Below are positions 32,936-42,998 of a stretch of 44,391 nt of DNA, in pieces. The notes below the pieces were generated by a model. The model did no database searches. It was not told the DNA's origin and saw only the letters and a program-made list of their open reading frames with translations. Position 1 is the first letter of the stretch. Each line of letters starts with the position of its first letter. The stretch lies in the UHGV virus genome UHGV-0019040. One strand, 5' to 3'. Origin of the DNA: a virus. Both the position numbers and the translations under genes were made by a program.

Positions 32936-34084
32936 ATGGATGATTTTCTCGGCTCAGTAGCACAGGAAGACGTTGAGTTCTCTACAGAAGTCCTTGTTAC
33001 AGCCAATCCAGGTGATAACTATGCACACTTAGCAATCTACATTGAAAAGGAACGCTTCATAAAAGACGCGGATGCCTTTTCTACTGTAAAGAAAGGCGGT
33101 ATTGCTGTTGCAGAAATGGCTGAAGTTACTTCTAGTAACTACAATACTGTAGCAAAAGGACAGCTGGCTACTTGGCTTGCCAAGTATTTTGCCACTGGAA
33201 CAAGCAATTCTGTGTTCCTGATTGCATTCTGTGATAAACTTCTCACAGGTGATGCATTTAAAGCAGAGGATTTGACAGCAGCTTTTGCCGCGACACATCA
33301 GCTCGCATACTTTAAGTCCATTCTTGTATGCTCTGATGACAAGGAAAATGAGCTTTTGTCATCCGCTGTAGTAGAACTTTGTAAAGCGGCCGCAGCAGAT
33401 ACTCTTCTGTCATCTCTGCCGCTTCTTCCAAGCTATGCTGGTGATGCAGACACATTGTACACTACTGTAAAGGCCGCGGGATATGACGCGTTCTTCTCTT
33501 ACAAGAAGCTTGACACAGCAAATGGAGATGAACTGTATAACCCTGCTCTTATTACACTTGGAATTGCCCTTTCTGTAATAAATGCTTCTGGTGTTTATGC
33601 AGGAAACGCTTTTGACTTTGTAGGTACAAATGTAATATCTGCAAGTGGCGAAGGCGGCGAGGCGCTTTCTGTTACAGAACAGTCTGCACTGAAGAATATC
33701 AATATGCAGTATTGGAAGTATGTTGGTGACTCTACAGGTCAGACAGTTGCTTATGGTGCAAAATCTATAAACGGTTCACACATGTCTGCTCTTTGGCTTG
33801 TTGCATACTGTAACTATATGTGTAAAGTACGTACTGCTAACTATATGGCAGGACGTGGTGTAAGGGTGAATCTTGACTCTTATAACGCTATCATCGCGAT
33901 GATGACAAACGTTGTAGGTTCATTCTCACTTGTAGGAATATTGACTAACTTTGTAGTAACAGCTCCGGCTTATGCTGACAGACCTGTTTCTGCTTCAGAT
34001 GAAATTATTATTCCTAACGCTTGGCAGGCTACTTTCCAGGACAAGCTCCGCAAGGTTAAAGTAACCGGGCAGCTTACAATCTAA
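32936..34084 (+). CDS. Tail sheath protein
   Basis: 382 aa, at the first position of a sheath-tube-chaperone-tape-measure series. RBS GGGGGAatactATG. Confidence 0.5.
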   Translation: MDDFLGSVAQEDVEFSTEVLVTANPGDNYAHLAIYIEKERFIKDADAFSTVKKGGIAVAEMAEVTSSNYNTVAKGQLATWLAKYFATGTSNSVFLIAFCDKLLTGDAFKAEDLTAAFAATHQLAYFKSILVCSDDKENELLSSAVVELCKAAAADTLLSSLPLLPSYAGDADTLYTTVKAAGYDAFFSYKKLDTANGDELYNPALITLGIALSVINASGVYAGNAFDFVGTNVISASGEGGEALSVTEQSALKNINMQYWKYVGDSTGQTVAYGAKSINGSHMSALWLVAYCNYMCKVRTANYMAGRGVRVNLDSYNAIIAMMTNVVGSFSLVGILTNFVVTAPAYADRPVSASDEIIIPNAWQATFQDKLRKVKVTGQLTI

Positions 34085-34097
34085 TAGGAGGTAAACA

Positions 34098-34607
34098 ATG
34101 GCAGCAGATTATATTGTACAGGCGACTGGTGAGTCAACCATTACCTACGCCTACCCAAAAGATTTGTCTATTGGTAATGACACGCTCAAAGCTAATACAG
34201 GTGTAACCCTTACAGGGTTCAAGCTTAACAGCCAGTTCATCGACACTGCTCAGGCTTTACAGAACTCTGTACTTATTCCGCTTCTTAATGGTGGAAGCAT
34301 ACAGCTTACAAACGCGAACAAAGCTGGAAGTATTACATTCTCTGTTATTCGTATCGGCGCCAACATGGACACTGATAATAAAAAATGTGATATTACTGCT
34401 ATCGCGGATGCACAGCGCTCTATTGGTGACTCAATTGGCTCTACTATAACAGTTTCCTGGAACTTTAATGGAATGTCTTATTCTATTGTGTTCAAGAATT
34501 GTACTGTTGTTGATACACCGCCGCTTAAGCTTGCTGGTAACGACGCGCCTGACTACAATGTAACATTTAACTATGCTACTTGGGACTGGGTAAATCGCGG
34601 TAACTAA
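34098..34607 (+). CDS. Tail tube protein
   Basis: 169 aa immediately after the sheath. RBS TAGGAGGtaaacaATG. Confidence 0.5.
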   Translation: MAADYIVQATGESTITYAYPKDLSIGNDTLKANTGVTLTGFKLNSQFIDTAQALQNSVLIPLLNGGSIQLTNANKAGSITFSVIRIGANMDTDNKKCDITAIADAQRSIGDSIGSTITVSWNFNGMSYSIVFKNCTVVDTPPLKLAGNDAPDYNVTFNYATWDWVNRGN

Positions 34608-34657
34608 GTAATTGTGCCGGGTGAATAAACCCGGCATATTCTGTTAAGGAGACAAAT

Positions 34658-35035
34658 ATGGCAGAAAATAAGACACTGAGGTTCGACAATGACACTTTGA
34701 ACAAAATCTCTGAGGACTTTGTCCAGTCAAGAAAAGAAGTAAGTGAGGTCGTAGTAGAAGTTGACAGGGTAAACGACATTGACCCGCTTATTGTTATACG
34801 TGCTGTAAGCACTGGCAGCGCCCCGGATATAGAACAGCTGTGCAGTATAGCTGAGCTCTTGTTTGACGGTGCTACCATAACATTCATGCATGGAAATGAC
34901 ACAATAAAGTCGTTAATCTATGCACGTAACAATGGACACAACAAGCTTACACTTGCAATCCCAGAAAGCTATCTGCTTGACCGACTGCTTGATGTAACTT
35001 ACGCATTACTGTTAAAAAAATCAATGCCGCTGTAA
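34658..35035 (+). CDS. Tail assembly chaperone (gpG analogue); its frame ends on a slippery A AAA AAA site
   Basis: 125-aa acidic protein between the tube and tape-measure genes. RBS TAAGGAGAcaaatATG. The final codons ...tta aaa aaa tca... provide a canonical X XXY YYZ heptamer. Confidence 0.55.
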   Translation: MAENKTLRFDNDTLNKISEDFVQSRKEVSEVVVEVDRVNDIDPLIVIRAVSTGSAPDIEQLCSIAELLFDGATITFMHGNDTIKSLIYARNNGHNKLTLAIPESYLLDRLLDVTYALLLKKSMPL

Positions 35036-35283
35036 AGAAGCTCAGCGATACTGTCGGCACAGATAAAAAGCCTAAGGACGATACAGACAGAGACCCGTTT
35101 GCCGCCCTTAGGAAAATACTGAGTAAGAAGAAAACATTCAGTGAGAAAATTGATGAGCAGCTGGGCAGGCTGCTTTTTTTATATTATAGATACCTTCATG
35201 CATTTCATAAAGCCCCTCTTGACTTTACAGATATGATTGACGGTATGATATACTTGTCTATAATAGGAGAACCTGATGAGTAA
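34658..35283 (+). CDS. Tail assembly chaperone frameshift product (gpGT analogue), made by a -1 ribosomal frameshift at about 35014..35020 that extends translation by 88 codons to 35283
   Basis: The -1 frame downstream of the AAAAAAA run is open for 88 codons (INAAVKKLSDTVGTDKK ... IGEPDE*) and contains no internal ATG, so the ORF track did not list it. It ends by overlapping the tape-measure start. Confidence 0.5.
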
Positions 35284-37993
35284 AGAAGATGACCTTACAC
35301 TGCAGATTGGATTTGCGCCGGACCTTGCATCCTTGAAAAAAGCCGCAGAGGAAGGGGCGAAGGCTTACTCCGACAAGTTTTCACAGCAGCTTGCTGCAAG
35401 GCTCAGACTGCCTAAAGGATATACATCTTCTTTTGAGACAGGTCACCATCTGCATAACGCACAGAAGCTCGCTGAGGATGACTTTATCCGAGACAGTGAC
35501 ATATCACGTGTGACCAGGGAATTCAGAGAGGCAGCACTGTCAATGATTAAGGGCCTTACAAAAGGCTTCACTAGATTCTCAGGACAGCTTATTGGTGAGG
35601 CTTACAATGGTGTAAAAGGTGAAGTAAACTGGGTACGTGGGCACTACCCTGATAGTTCTATGTGGCATAGACCGCAGGCCCTCCCGGCTCCTGATACTCC
35701 TGGCATGCTTTACCTTGAGCACCCTGCTGTGTCATCTGCACGTCGAGACCTTGAAGATTTTAATGGCAGTATCAGGAATGAAAGGCCTTATACAAGACAG
35801 GTAGACAAACTGCGTATGCAGGATATAGCAAATGCCGCCCGTGTACATAAGCACTTTGATATGCCAGACAGTGTGTACTATGACTCCCAGCTTCATTCTG
35901 CGGCTAACTTTGACAAGGCTGACAGCGCATACAGGCTTCATGCCACACAGTTTATTAAAGACCCTGGGTACCGTAAGAAGTTTACAGACCTGTTGAATGC
36001 CTACGGAAAGCCTGAAGGCTTCTTTGAAATGCCTGCCGCGTCTACCTGGAAATACCACCCGTTGTTTGCGCATGGCTACGGCGGACTTGCACGGCATACA
36101 GATGCCGTTATGCAGGGTGTATTCCAGGACGCTGTAAAAGCGGGGTTCTCTCCTGCAGATACAGATAAACTGTTGTTTGCATCCGGCCTGCATGATGCGT
36201 TGAAATATCAGGGTGGCAGGCCTAACGCTACCCATGCACACGATATGGCATTTGTACTTGACCAGCTTGGTTATAAGGATGAGGCCAAGTGGGTTAAGAC
36301 ACACATGGGTGAGGTTAAGTCCGGCTATGGAAAAGGCAAGGGCCCTGAGGAAGGGAACCTGTACCAGAAAATTATAGCTGATACTGACTATCTTGTATCA
36401 CGACAGTACGCCCAGAACTTTGTGTCCACACGTAACGGCTCAATGTCACCAGATATGAATAAGCTCCGTGAGGAGGCCGTAAGGCGCGGCGAGGGCCGCT
36501 GGATAGACCCAGATAAGCCACACACATTTGATAACTGGGAGCGTGTTGTCAAGGACTCCGGTAAGGTAAAGGACAATACAAAAGGGACACTGGAGTATTT
36601 AAGGAACATAGCCGGGGTTCTGGCTGTCATACATAGCATAAACAAGGCCATCAACGCGGTAAAGACATTCGACAGGAACGCTGAGAAAGGCATACAGGAG
36701 GCCGCCACAGGACTCCCTAACCGCCGTTATTACGCTGACTTCGGCACATATGGCGCGCTTCGTAACCAGAGCGCGGCGGCCGCTGTAGGTATATCACGTG
36801 ACGCTGTAAACAGTGATGTCATAAACTTCTCCGCGAAACGTGGTGAGATGACACTTATGGGCAAGGGCTTTGACCTGCTGCCTGTATCTGTATTAGGCCA
36901 ATGGCAGAATATGATGAAGGAGGGCGACGCCAATACAGCCTGGTGGAATACACTGGACGCTATATCCAAGAGGTATGCCGGCGCGTCACAGAAAGAACGT
37001 GAACAGCTGCAGAAGCTTATTGATGATACACTTGGCAAGTCCGCGACAGAAGTCCTTGCGTTCTCAAGGAACACTGGTATACCGTTAGGCCAGCTTACAG
37101 CGCTGCGAGAGAATCCTAACTACTCTGCTTATGGCTCTGCTGAGGGTATGAATTATGACATCAGCAAGCTTAATGACAGCATAAGGGCCTCATACCTGAA
37201 AATGTATGAGGACTGGATGAAGGCGTTCGGCATCCCGTTCAGGGACTTCTGGGACAGGCTTCTTATTGACTTTACAAATAACCCGCTGTACAAACATATT
37301 GTAGGCGCCGGCGGCAACTCTGTAGAGGCTGACGTGGCTTCTATATTGTATCAGCCGTGGTCTATACAAGGACTGCTTGATTTTACAGTAGGCAAGAAGG
37401 CCCGTGCAAGGGACGCTGTGTCAGGGGCGATAAACCCGCATACTGTCGCTTATGAGGCCAAGGGCAGGAAGCAGGCCGTCGAAGAGATGGGCATGCTTGT
37501 AAAGAACAGGCCTGCAGGTGTCTCTATCTCCAGGAGCCAGGACGAGCTCGCGGAGGCATACACATACCGCCAGGCGCTTGTAAAGCTCCAGGAGCTTGGC
37601 CTTGACTTCCCTATATACCGTGAGGCCATTGCGCCGTTAAATGACTGGGTAAGCAATGAGAAGGACTATACAGCCAGGAACTTCGCTCTTACACTGTTCA
37701 AGACAATGAACAAGAACAAAGGGAAAAGCACAGCTGAGCAGATAGATGCTGTAAATAGTGCCCTTACCGACTTCCTTGGGAATGTGAAGTACTGGGACAT
37801 AGCCCAGAACCCTAACCTGACCAAGAGGGACAAGATGGAGTTTACCACAGGGACACTGAAGATAGACCTTACACATGACTATGCCCAGGACACTTCTGAG
37901 ACTATCCGTGTGAACGGCAAGATTGTAGGCCCTGGATGGAACAATATGGTAGAGTTGCCGATGAAACTACAGGCCCTGCCAACAGGAAAATAA
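35276..37993 (+). CDS. Tail tape-measure protein (905 aa) containing an HD-phosphohydrolase-like motif block
   Basis: Positional: the gene directly downstream of the G/GT chaperone pair. Residues about 250-335: LFAHGYGGLARHTDAV ... LLFASGLHDALKY ... THAHDMA (H ... HD..K ... H ... D pattern). Confidence 0.6.
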   Translation: MSKEDDLTLQIGFAPDLASLKKAAEEGAKAYSDKFSQQLAARLRLPKGYTSSFETGHHLHNAQKLAEDDFIRDSDISRVTREFREAALSMIKGLTKGFTRFSGQLIGEAYNGVKGEVNWVRGHYPDSSMWHRPQALPAPDTPGMLYLEHPAVSSARRDLEDFNGSIRNERPYTRQVDKLRMQDIANAARVHKHFDMPDSVYYDSQLHSAANFDKADSAYRLHATQFIKDPGYRKKFTDLLNAYGKPEGFFEMPAASTWKYHPLFAHGYGGLARHTDAVMQGVFQDAVKAGFSPADTDKLLFASGLHDALKYQGGRPNATHAHDMAFVLDQLGYKDEAKWVKTHMGEVKSGYGKGKGPEEGNLYQKIIADTDYLVSRQYAQNFVSTRNGSMSPDMNKLREEAVRRGEGRWIDPDKPHTFDNWERVVKDSGKVKDNTKGTLEYLRNIAGVLAVIHSINKAINAVKTFDRNAEKGIQEAATGLPNRRYYADFGTYGALRNQSAAAAVGISRDAVNSDVINFSAKRGEMTLMGKGFDLLPVSVLGQWQNMMKEGDANTAWWNTLDAISKRYAGASQKEREQLQKLIDDTLGKSATEVLAFSRNTGIPLGQLTALRENPNYSAYGSAEGMNYDISKLNDSIRASYLKMYEDWMKAFGIPFRDFWDRLLIDFTNNPLYKHIVGAGGNSVEADVASILYQPWSIQGLLDFTVGKKARARDAVSGAINPHTVAYEAKGRKQAVEEMGMLVKNRPAGVSISRSQDELAEAYTYRQALVKLQELGLDFPIYREAIAPLNDWVSNEKDYTARNFALTLFKTMNKNKGKSTAEQIDAVNSALTDFLGNVKYWDIAQNPNLTKRDKMEFTTGTLKIDLTHDYAQDTSETIRVNGKIVGPGWNNMVELPMKLQALPTGK

Positions 37994-38005
37994 GGAGGCT
38001 GCTAT

Positions 38006-38668
38006 ATGAATTTAGCCGCGATAGGTGTAAATACAGCTGCTGTGGCCGGAGCAGGCGCCATAGCCACGATTACAGGGCTTGCAAAAGGCTCAGGAAAAGA
38101 GGCGCTGTCAGACTTCCTGCAGGTGCTGTCGCAGCCTACATTGTGCTATGTCCCTATATCTTGTGATATGATTGAGGAAAATTGTGAGGCTGAGGTGGCC
38201 AACACAATGATTATAGCACAGCTTACTGGGCTTAAAGGGTATATAACAGACAACGTGGCGCCTAAGCCGCGTACATGGACAATACACGGGTATATCACCG
38301 CGCTTGTCCCTATTCTTGAGGACTACCTGATGATTAAACCTACACTCCTTGTGCAGCGCTTTCTTCTTGACGCGGCGTTCCAGTCAAGGAACACTGTGCC
38401 GTTTAAGACTGATACAGGCGAGATTGTAGATGTAGTGATAACAAGAAAATCAATAAAGACGCTGCCTAACGCGCAGAACGCCTATGAGGTCAATATAACT
38501 GTGCAGGAGGTAGAGGTCCTTGATACTTCAACCGCCGGCAATATATTGAATCTCAGCAGTATAGCTAAGAAGTCTGTCGCACTAAGGACAGTAACAAACC
38601 TTGGCAGCGCGTCTATTGTATCAGGCTCAGTGTCCGCCGCGGCGCTTATCACGAAGCTTGTAAAGTAA
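38006..38668 (+). CDS. Tail/baseplate assembly protein (hypothetical)
   Basis: 220-aa ORF after the tape-measure gene. RBS TAAGGAGGctgctatATG. Confidence 0.45.
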   Translation: MNLAAIGVNTAAVAGAGAIATITGLAKGSGKEALSDFLQVLSQPTLCYVPISCDMIEENCEAEVANTMIIAQLTGLKGYITDNVAPKPRTWTIHGYITALVPILEDYLMIKPTLLVQRFLLDAAFQSRNTVPFKTDTGEIVDVVITRKSIKTLPNAQNAYEVNITVQEVEVLDTSTAGNILNLSSIAKKSVALRTVTNLGSASIVSGSVSAAALITKLVK

Positions 38669-38677
38669 GGAGGCTGT

Positions 38678-39010
38678 ATGAAGAGCTACTATTTCAGTGT
38701 ACCTGTACAGGATGGAGATGTCAAGGATGCTATATTTACAGCTGATACTGACTCTGAGTCATTTATTATACAGGCGTCATGGGAAGATGACGCTGAGTCA
38801 CCAAGCAAAGGGCACTGGATATTTGTCATAGACCGTATAATCGACGAGGACAATACAGAGGAGAGGTCTGTTGTCGTGAACCCCGGCTCTATATATTTCC
38901 AGTATGATGACATATACTCACTTACTGTATACAGCGAGAAGGATGCCATCGGCATGGAAGACCTCAAGGACACTGTCCTTATATTCAGTATAAGGGGCGA
39001 GGAAGAATGA
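38678..39010 (+). CDS. Small acidic baseplate-region protein (hypothetical)
   Basis: 110 aa. RBS TAAGGAGGctgtATG. Confidence 0.4.
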   Translation: MKSYYFSVPVQDGDVKDAIFTADTDSESFIIQASWEDDAESPSKGHWIFVIDRIIDEDNTEERSVVVNPGSIYFQYDDIYSLTVYSEKDAIGMEDLKDTVLIFSIRGEEE

Positions 39011-40023
39011 GCGCTTTATCAAAACTTAGAAAACTGCTTACAGGAAGCGCCGGTCTTTATGACAGGTATGTAAACATAAAGCTGTCGTCAAGCAAGACAA
39101 AACGCTCTGTAAGCATAGCCACACCTAAGTCAGGCAGGAAGCCGAACATAGCGGTACAGATGAGGACCAATCCCTCTGACATGGTGTCACAGTTTACTAT
39201 AAGTATCATGAACTGCTCACTGGGGATAAACCTGAGCCAGTTTGATACTATAACTGTCGTAATGGGATATTACTCAAGCCTTGAGAGCTTCGCGTTTACA
39301 GGTGAGATTCTGCAGATATTCCAGGAGTCCCCTAACCCTAATGGCGTTATAACCATGCAGGGTAATGTAGGGTTCACTACGGCGTACAGCTCGGCCTCTA
39401 CTTTGTCTGTGACATTCCCGCCGGCGGCGCTGCCTGCTGTCGTTATAATACAGAATGTTGTAAGTCAGATAAATACAGCGCTGAGCAAGATAAACAAGTC
39501 CGCCGCGCTTGTACTTGACATTACAAGTATGCCTGTACAGTGGCAGTCTGTTGTTATAAACCTTGCGGGGAGCACAGAGCAGTTCACAAATGTATATGAG
39601 GCGGTAAGCTGGCTCAACAGCCTTTTTATAAGCTATGTATACAGCAAGGATAACACTGTCTCCGCGCCTCCAATACATCTTACTATTGACGGCAAGAGGC
39701 TTGTTGTGTCAAGTACAGTGGCCGGGCCCTCCGTGCCTGTGCTGCCACTGCTTTCTACTGTAAGCAGTATATCTGTTTCAGGTATACACGTATCTATAAC
39801 ATGCCCTTTTGTACCGACAATAAGGGCCAACACATGCTTTTATCTCGCAGCCCAGAACTTTACCGCCATGCTCAATGTGAACGGCATAAGCGAGCTTGGT
39901 TTTATGTCCCTGATAAAGGCAAATTATACTGAGGTCAAGTTCGCCACGGTAGGCACGAACCAGATGCTTATTGACGGTATCAAGCTTGACCCTGGAAAAG
40001 TGCTAGGCAAGGAGCTGCAATAA
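39007..40023 (+). CDS. Baseplate hub-like protein (hypothetical)
   Basis: 338 aa, overlapping starts and stops with its neighbours, positioned before the spike gene. Confidence 0.4.
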   Translation: MSALSKLRKLLTGSAGLYDRYVNIKLSSSKTKRSVSIATPKSGRKPNIAVQMRTNPSDMVSQFTISIMNCSLGINLSQFDTITVVMGYYSSLESFAFTGEILQIFQESPNPNGVITMQGNVGFTTAYSSASTLSVTFPPAALPAVVIIQNVVSQINTALSKINKSAALVLDITSMPVQWQSVVINLAGSTEQFTNVYEAVSWLNSLFISYVYSKDNTVSAPPIHLTIDGKRLVVSSTVAGPSVPVLPLLSTVSSISVSGIHVSITCPFVPTIRANTCFYLAAQNFTAMLNVNGISELGFMSLIKANYTEVKFATVGTNQMLIDGIKLDPGKVLGKELQ

Positions 40024-40904
40024 TGAATGGAATAGAGCTTAACGCCGCCTTGAACGGTATGAACCAGTTCAATATGGTGCAGGGCATAGCTAAAAACCTG
40101 AGGATTATTGACTATGCAAAAGTGACAATGGTCAAGGGGAAACTTATTGACGCCGCCCGGGGGACACATAAATACACAAACATTGAGGTCCTCAATATAG
40201 GCGGGAACGGTTATTCACTGAATATTGTCCCGGCTGTAGGGGACTCTGTCCTTCTCTTGTCGTGCTGTACTGCCATAGTAGACACAGCGAAGATGCAGGA
40301 GAACAAAGTCGTAGACAGCTACAGCGCCGCCACACTTAAATGCATACCATTGTGCAGCACTGACAATAAGACGGCCGCGGGTGTATTGACAATAGACATG
40401 AATGGTGTCAAGTTTGTACACGCGCCTAACGGGCAGGAGCAGATGTCTGTTACATACCTGAACTCTGACGCCTCTGTCGTGGTAAAGGGCAAGGGGCCAT
40501 TGACGGCTGATATAAACGCCGGCGACGACGGCTCTAACAATATACAGGTCAACGCCGAAGGTATAAACGTCACAGACATAAAGGGCAACAATATTGTATG
40601 CGGAGAGGACGGGGTGGCCGTCATGGACCTTAATGGTAACACTGTAACATTGAACGGGGACGGCATAGACATAAAGGACCTGAGCGGGAATGATGTGGCT
40701 ATGACAAGTGACGGTACAACTGTCACAGATGCCAACGGAAACAAGGTGGAGATGACAAGTTCCGGCATGACCCTGCAGGACGCGAACGGAAACAAGGCAG
40801 AGATGACAAGCAGCGCCTTCAACCTTACGGCGGCTACAGGGTGCAAAGTCGAGATGGGCGCCTCCGGGACGGTCATAAACGGGAAGCTTACAGTTCTTCC
40901 TTAG
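40023..40904 (+). CDS. Baseplate central spike protein (gpV/gp5-like: OB-fold N-terminus, beta-helical repeat C-terminus)
   Basis: The C-terminal 150 aa consist of short repeats (MDLNGNTVTLNGDGIDIKDLSGNDVAMTSDGTTVTDANGNKVEMTSSGMTLQDANGNKAEMTSS) typical of spike beta-helices. Confidence 0.5.
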   Translation: MNGIELNAALNGMNQFNMVQGIAKNLRIIDYAKVTMVKGKLIDAARGTHKYTNIEVLNIGGNGYSLNIVPAVGDSVLLLSCCTAIVDTAKMQENKVVDSYSAATLKCIPLCSTDNKTAAGVLTIDMNGVKFVHAPNGQEQMSVTYLNSDASVVVKGKGPLTADINAGDDGSNNIQVNAEGINVTDIKGNNIVCGEDGVAVMDLNGNTVTLNGDGIDIKDLSGNDVAMTSDGTTVTDANGNKVEMTSSGMTLQDANGNKAEMTSSAFNLTAATGCKVEMGASGTVINGKLTVLP

Positions 40905-41016
40905 ATATACATTTTTAAGGTCTCCAAGGATGCGTTTTAAAGGACCTTTTGGGAATACCTGGTATAATATGCCTCGGTATAATTTTAAGATAAAGTAAAT
41001 ATTTAAGGGGGACATT

Positions 41017-41397
41017 ATGCCGGGGAAGCCTATAGCAGTACAGGGCTGCACAATACTTATAAACGAAGGGGCCATTCAGCCGCCGGCGCCGCTTGTACCT
41101 GTAACCCCGCCGGATTCCAACATACTTGCCGGTGGTAAGCCGTGCTATTTCGGTAACCTGCAGGTCACTGTCCCGTCGGGTACATCTGGCCCTGCCGGCA
41201 CGCTCACAGCCTCGGTAACTGTTACCATAACAGCGACTGGCACGAATGTCAAGGACGCCACAGGCCCGGCTGTCTTGATGGGTGATAAGTCCTCAGGCAC
41301 TGACACAGGGTCGTTCCAGGCGGGGACCGTGACGACAAGTGTACCGCTCCTGCTCGTGATTACGAACGCAGGACAGACAGATGTGCTGGTAGGATAG
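41017..41397 (+). CDS. PAAR-like spike-tip protein (tentative)
   Basis: 126 aa following the spike gene. GKPIAVQGC / AGGKPCYFGN / VLMGDKSSG resemble degenerate PAAR repeats. Confidence 0.3.
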   Translation: MPGKPIAVQGCTILINEGAIQPPAPLVPVTPPDSNILAGGKPCYFGNLQVTVPSGTSGPAGTLTASVTVTITATGTNVKDATGPAVLMGDKSSGTDTGSFQAGTVTTSVPLLLVITNAGQTDVLVG

Positions 41398-41454
41398 GCC
41401 GGGTGGGTTTACAACACTAGCCTTATATTGTAAAATACAATTTGGAGGAACATC

Positions 41455-41805
41455 ATGGAGCTTAAACTGTTCTCTACAGACAACGCCGCGGTAGACAACT
41501 ACAACTGGGATATAGATGTTGTAGACGGGCTCCCTGTGCTGCTTGACGAGAAGAGCGAGATTGACCAGATTGCCACTGTAGCCGCATACCTTGGCAAGGG
41601 TACCGTGCCCCTTATGGAAGAAAAAGGCAACGACTGGGCAGGCTACCTCCTCAGTGAGAAGACACTAACACAGCTTGACAGTGAAGTCAGAGACAATATA
41701 AATACATATACAGACCAGGCTGACCATGTGCCTATGTACTACATAGAAAATGAGCAGCTTAAGGTTACCATAGGAAGAGTAAATATCAATACAGGGGCGA
41801 TGTAA
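41455..41805 (+). CDS. Baseplate wedge protein (gpW/gp25-like), tentative
   Basis: 116 aa immediately upstream of a baseplate-J-sized gene. RBS TTGGAGGaacatcATG. Confidence 0.4.
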   Translation: MELKLFSTDNAAVDNYNWDIDVVDGLPVLLDEKSEIDQIATVAAYLGKGTVPLMEEKGNDWAGYLLSEKTLTQLDSEVRDNINTYTDQADHVPMYYIENEQLKVTIGRVNINTGAM

Positions 41806-42998
41806 TGATTGAATTTGAAGGAAAAGAATATATTGTAGATGACCCTACCACAAACGCGTATAACCTGCTTAACTACATAAATGAGTACCTTGCTGACAAC
41901 AATGTAAAGAACAGGAAAGGTGAGCTTGTACAGCTTAAAATCAACCTCGGCTCACCTATCTGGCTTATTGTATTCGGGCTTGGATATATGGCCACAGTCC
42001 TGCAAAAGATAATGTACTCTGTAGGCCAGGCTTTCTCTATTGGAAGCTGCAGTGAACAACAGGTATTGTCCCTTGCGCAGATTGCACGTGTCGAGCGTAA
42101 GCAGGGTTCATACACAGTGCTCCCTATGCGTGTTACAGCGGGGGCGGGTGTATGTACAATAACCCAGGCGGACACTGTTACCTACAAATATAACGACATT
42201 GAATATGTATTCACACCTGTAAACGAGGTGTCCATCCCCGCGGGGAACACAGACACTGTTTACTTCACGGCTGACAAGACAGGACCTGTATATATAACCA
42301 CCGGGGACATAACAAAGCTTGACACGGAGCCCGTGAACCTTGCCTCTGTATCAAACCTCGGCGCGGAGCCTGGTACGAATGTTGAGACAATAAACCAGCT
42401 CCGTACCCGTATACAGGAGAACGAGCGTGTTACACCGGTAGCCGCAGCAATATCCGCGATTAACGGGCTTACAGGTGTAAATAAATGCAACATCATCTAC
42501 AACATAAGCAATGTTGAGAGCATTGAGAGGGCGGGGCACATGGTAAAGCCGCGCTGCGCCATACTCTTTGTGCAGGGCTCAAGCCGTGATATTGCCGAGA
42601 CGTACTATTCACATATGTACGCCGAGACCACAAAGGACACAGGGAGCATAGAGCAGTCATTCACAGCAGAGAACGGGCAGGAGTTTACAGTAAGCTACTT
42701 CCCTCCGGACCCTATAAATCTGTATGTCAAAGTTATACTGAGCAAGGAGCTCAAGGACAACCAGCTTGAGGAGATACGCAATGTTATATCTTCTTTGTCC
42801 AACTCGCTCCCTATGGGGAAGGCCTATACACAGGCCTATATGCTGAACCAGATAAGCGGGTTTGAGCTCTACCAGTATATTGCAGGCTTGTACCTCTCAT
42901 TTGACGGGTATGACTGGGGCACTCGTGCTTTTATGGGTGACAATAACATAGGCATCATACAGAACAGTGACAAATATATAAAGGTGGAGGTGCTGTAA
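41805..42998 (+). CDS. Baseplate J-like protein
   Basis: 397 aa; conserved gene order (gp25-like, then J-like, then a roughly 210-aa wedge protein, then fiber); ATGA overlap with the upstream gene. Confidence 0.5.
   Translation: MIEFEGKEYIVDDPTTNAYNLLNYINEYLADNNVKNRKGELVQLKINLGSPIWLIVFGLGYMATVLQKIMYSVGQAFSIGSCSEQQVLSLAQIARVERKQGSYTVLPMRVTAGAGVCTITQADTVTYKYNDIEYVFTPVNEVSIPAGNTDTVYFTADKTGPVYITTGDITKLDTEPVNLASVSNLGAEPGTNVETINQLRTRIQENERVTPVAAAISAINGLTGVNKCNIIYNISNVESIERAGHMVKPRCAILFVQGSSRDIAETYYSHMYAETTKDTGSIEQSFTAENGQEFTVSYFPPDPINLYVKVILSKELKDNQLEEIRNVISSLSNSLPMGKAYTQAYMLNQISGFELYQYIAGLYLSFDGYDWGTRAFMGDNNIGIIQNSDKYIKVEVL

Noticed and set aside
35732-37074. Antisense ORFs within the tape-measure gene (35732..36304, 36388..36708, 36730..37074)
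   Set aside because: They are embedded opposite a long, well-supported structural ORF, have no RBS, and have a composition that looks antisense.
40215-41075. Antisense ORFs opposite the spike gene (40215..41075, 40319..40876)
   Set aside because: They mirror the repetitive beta-helix coding region and lack translation signals.
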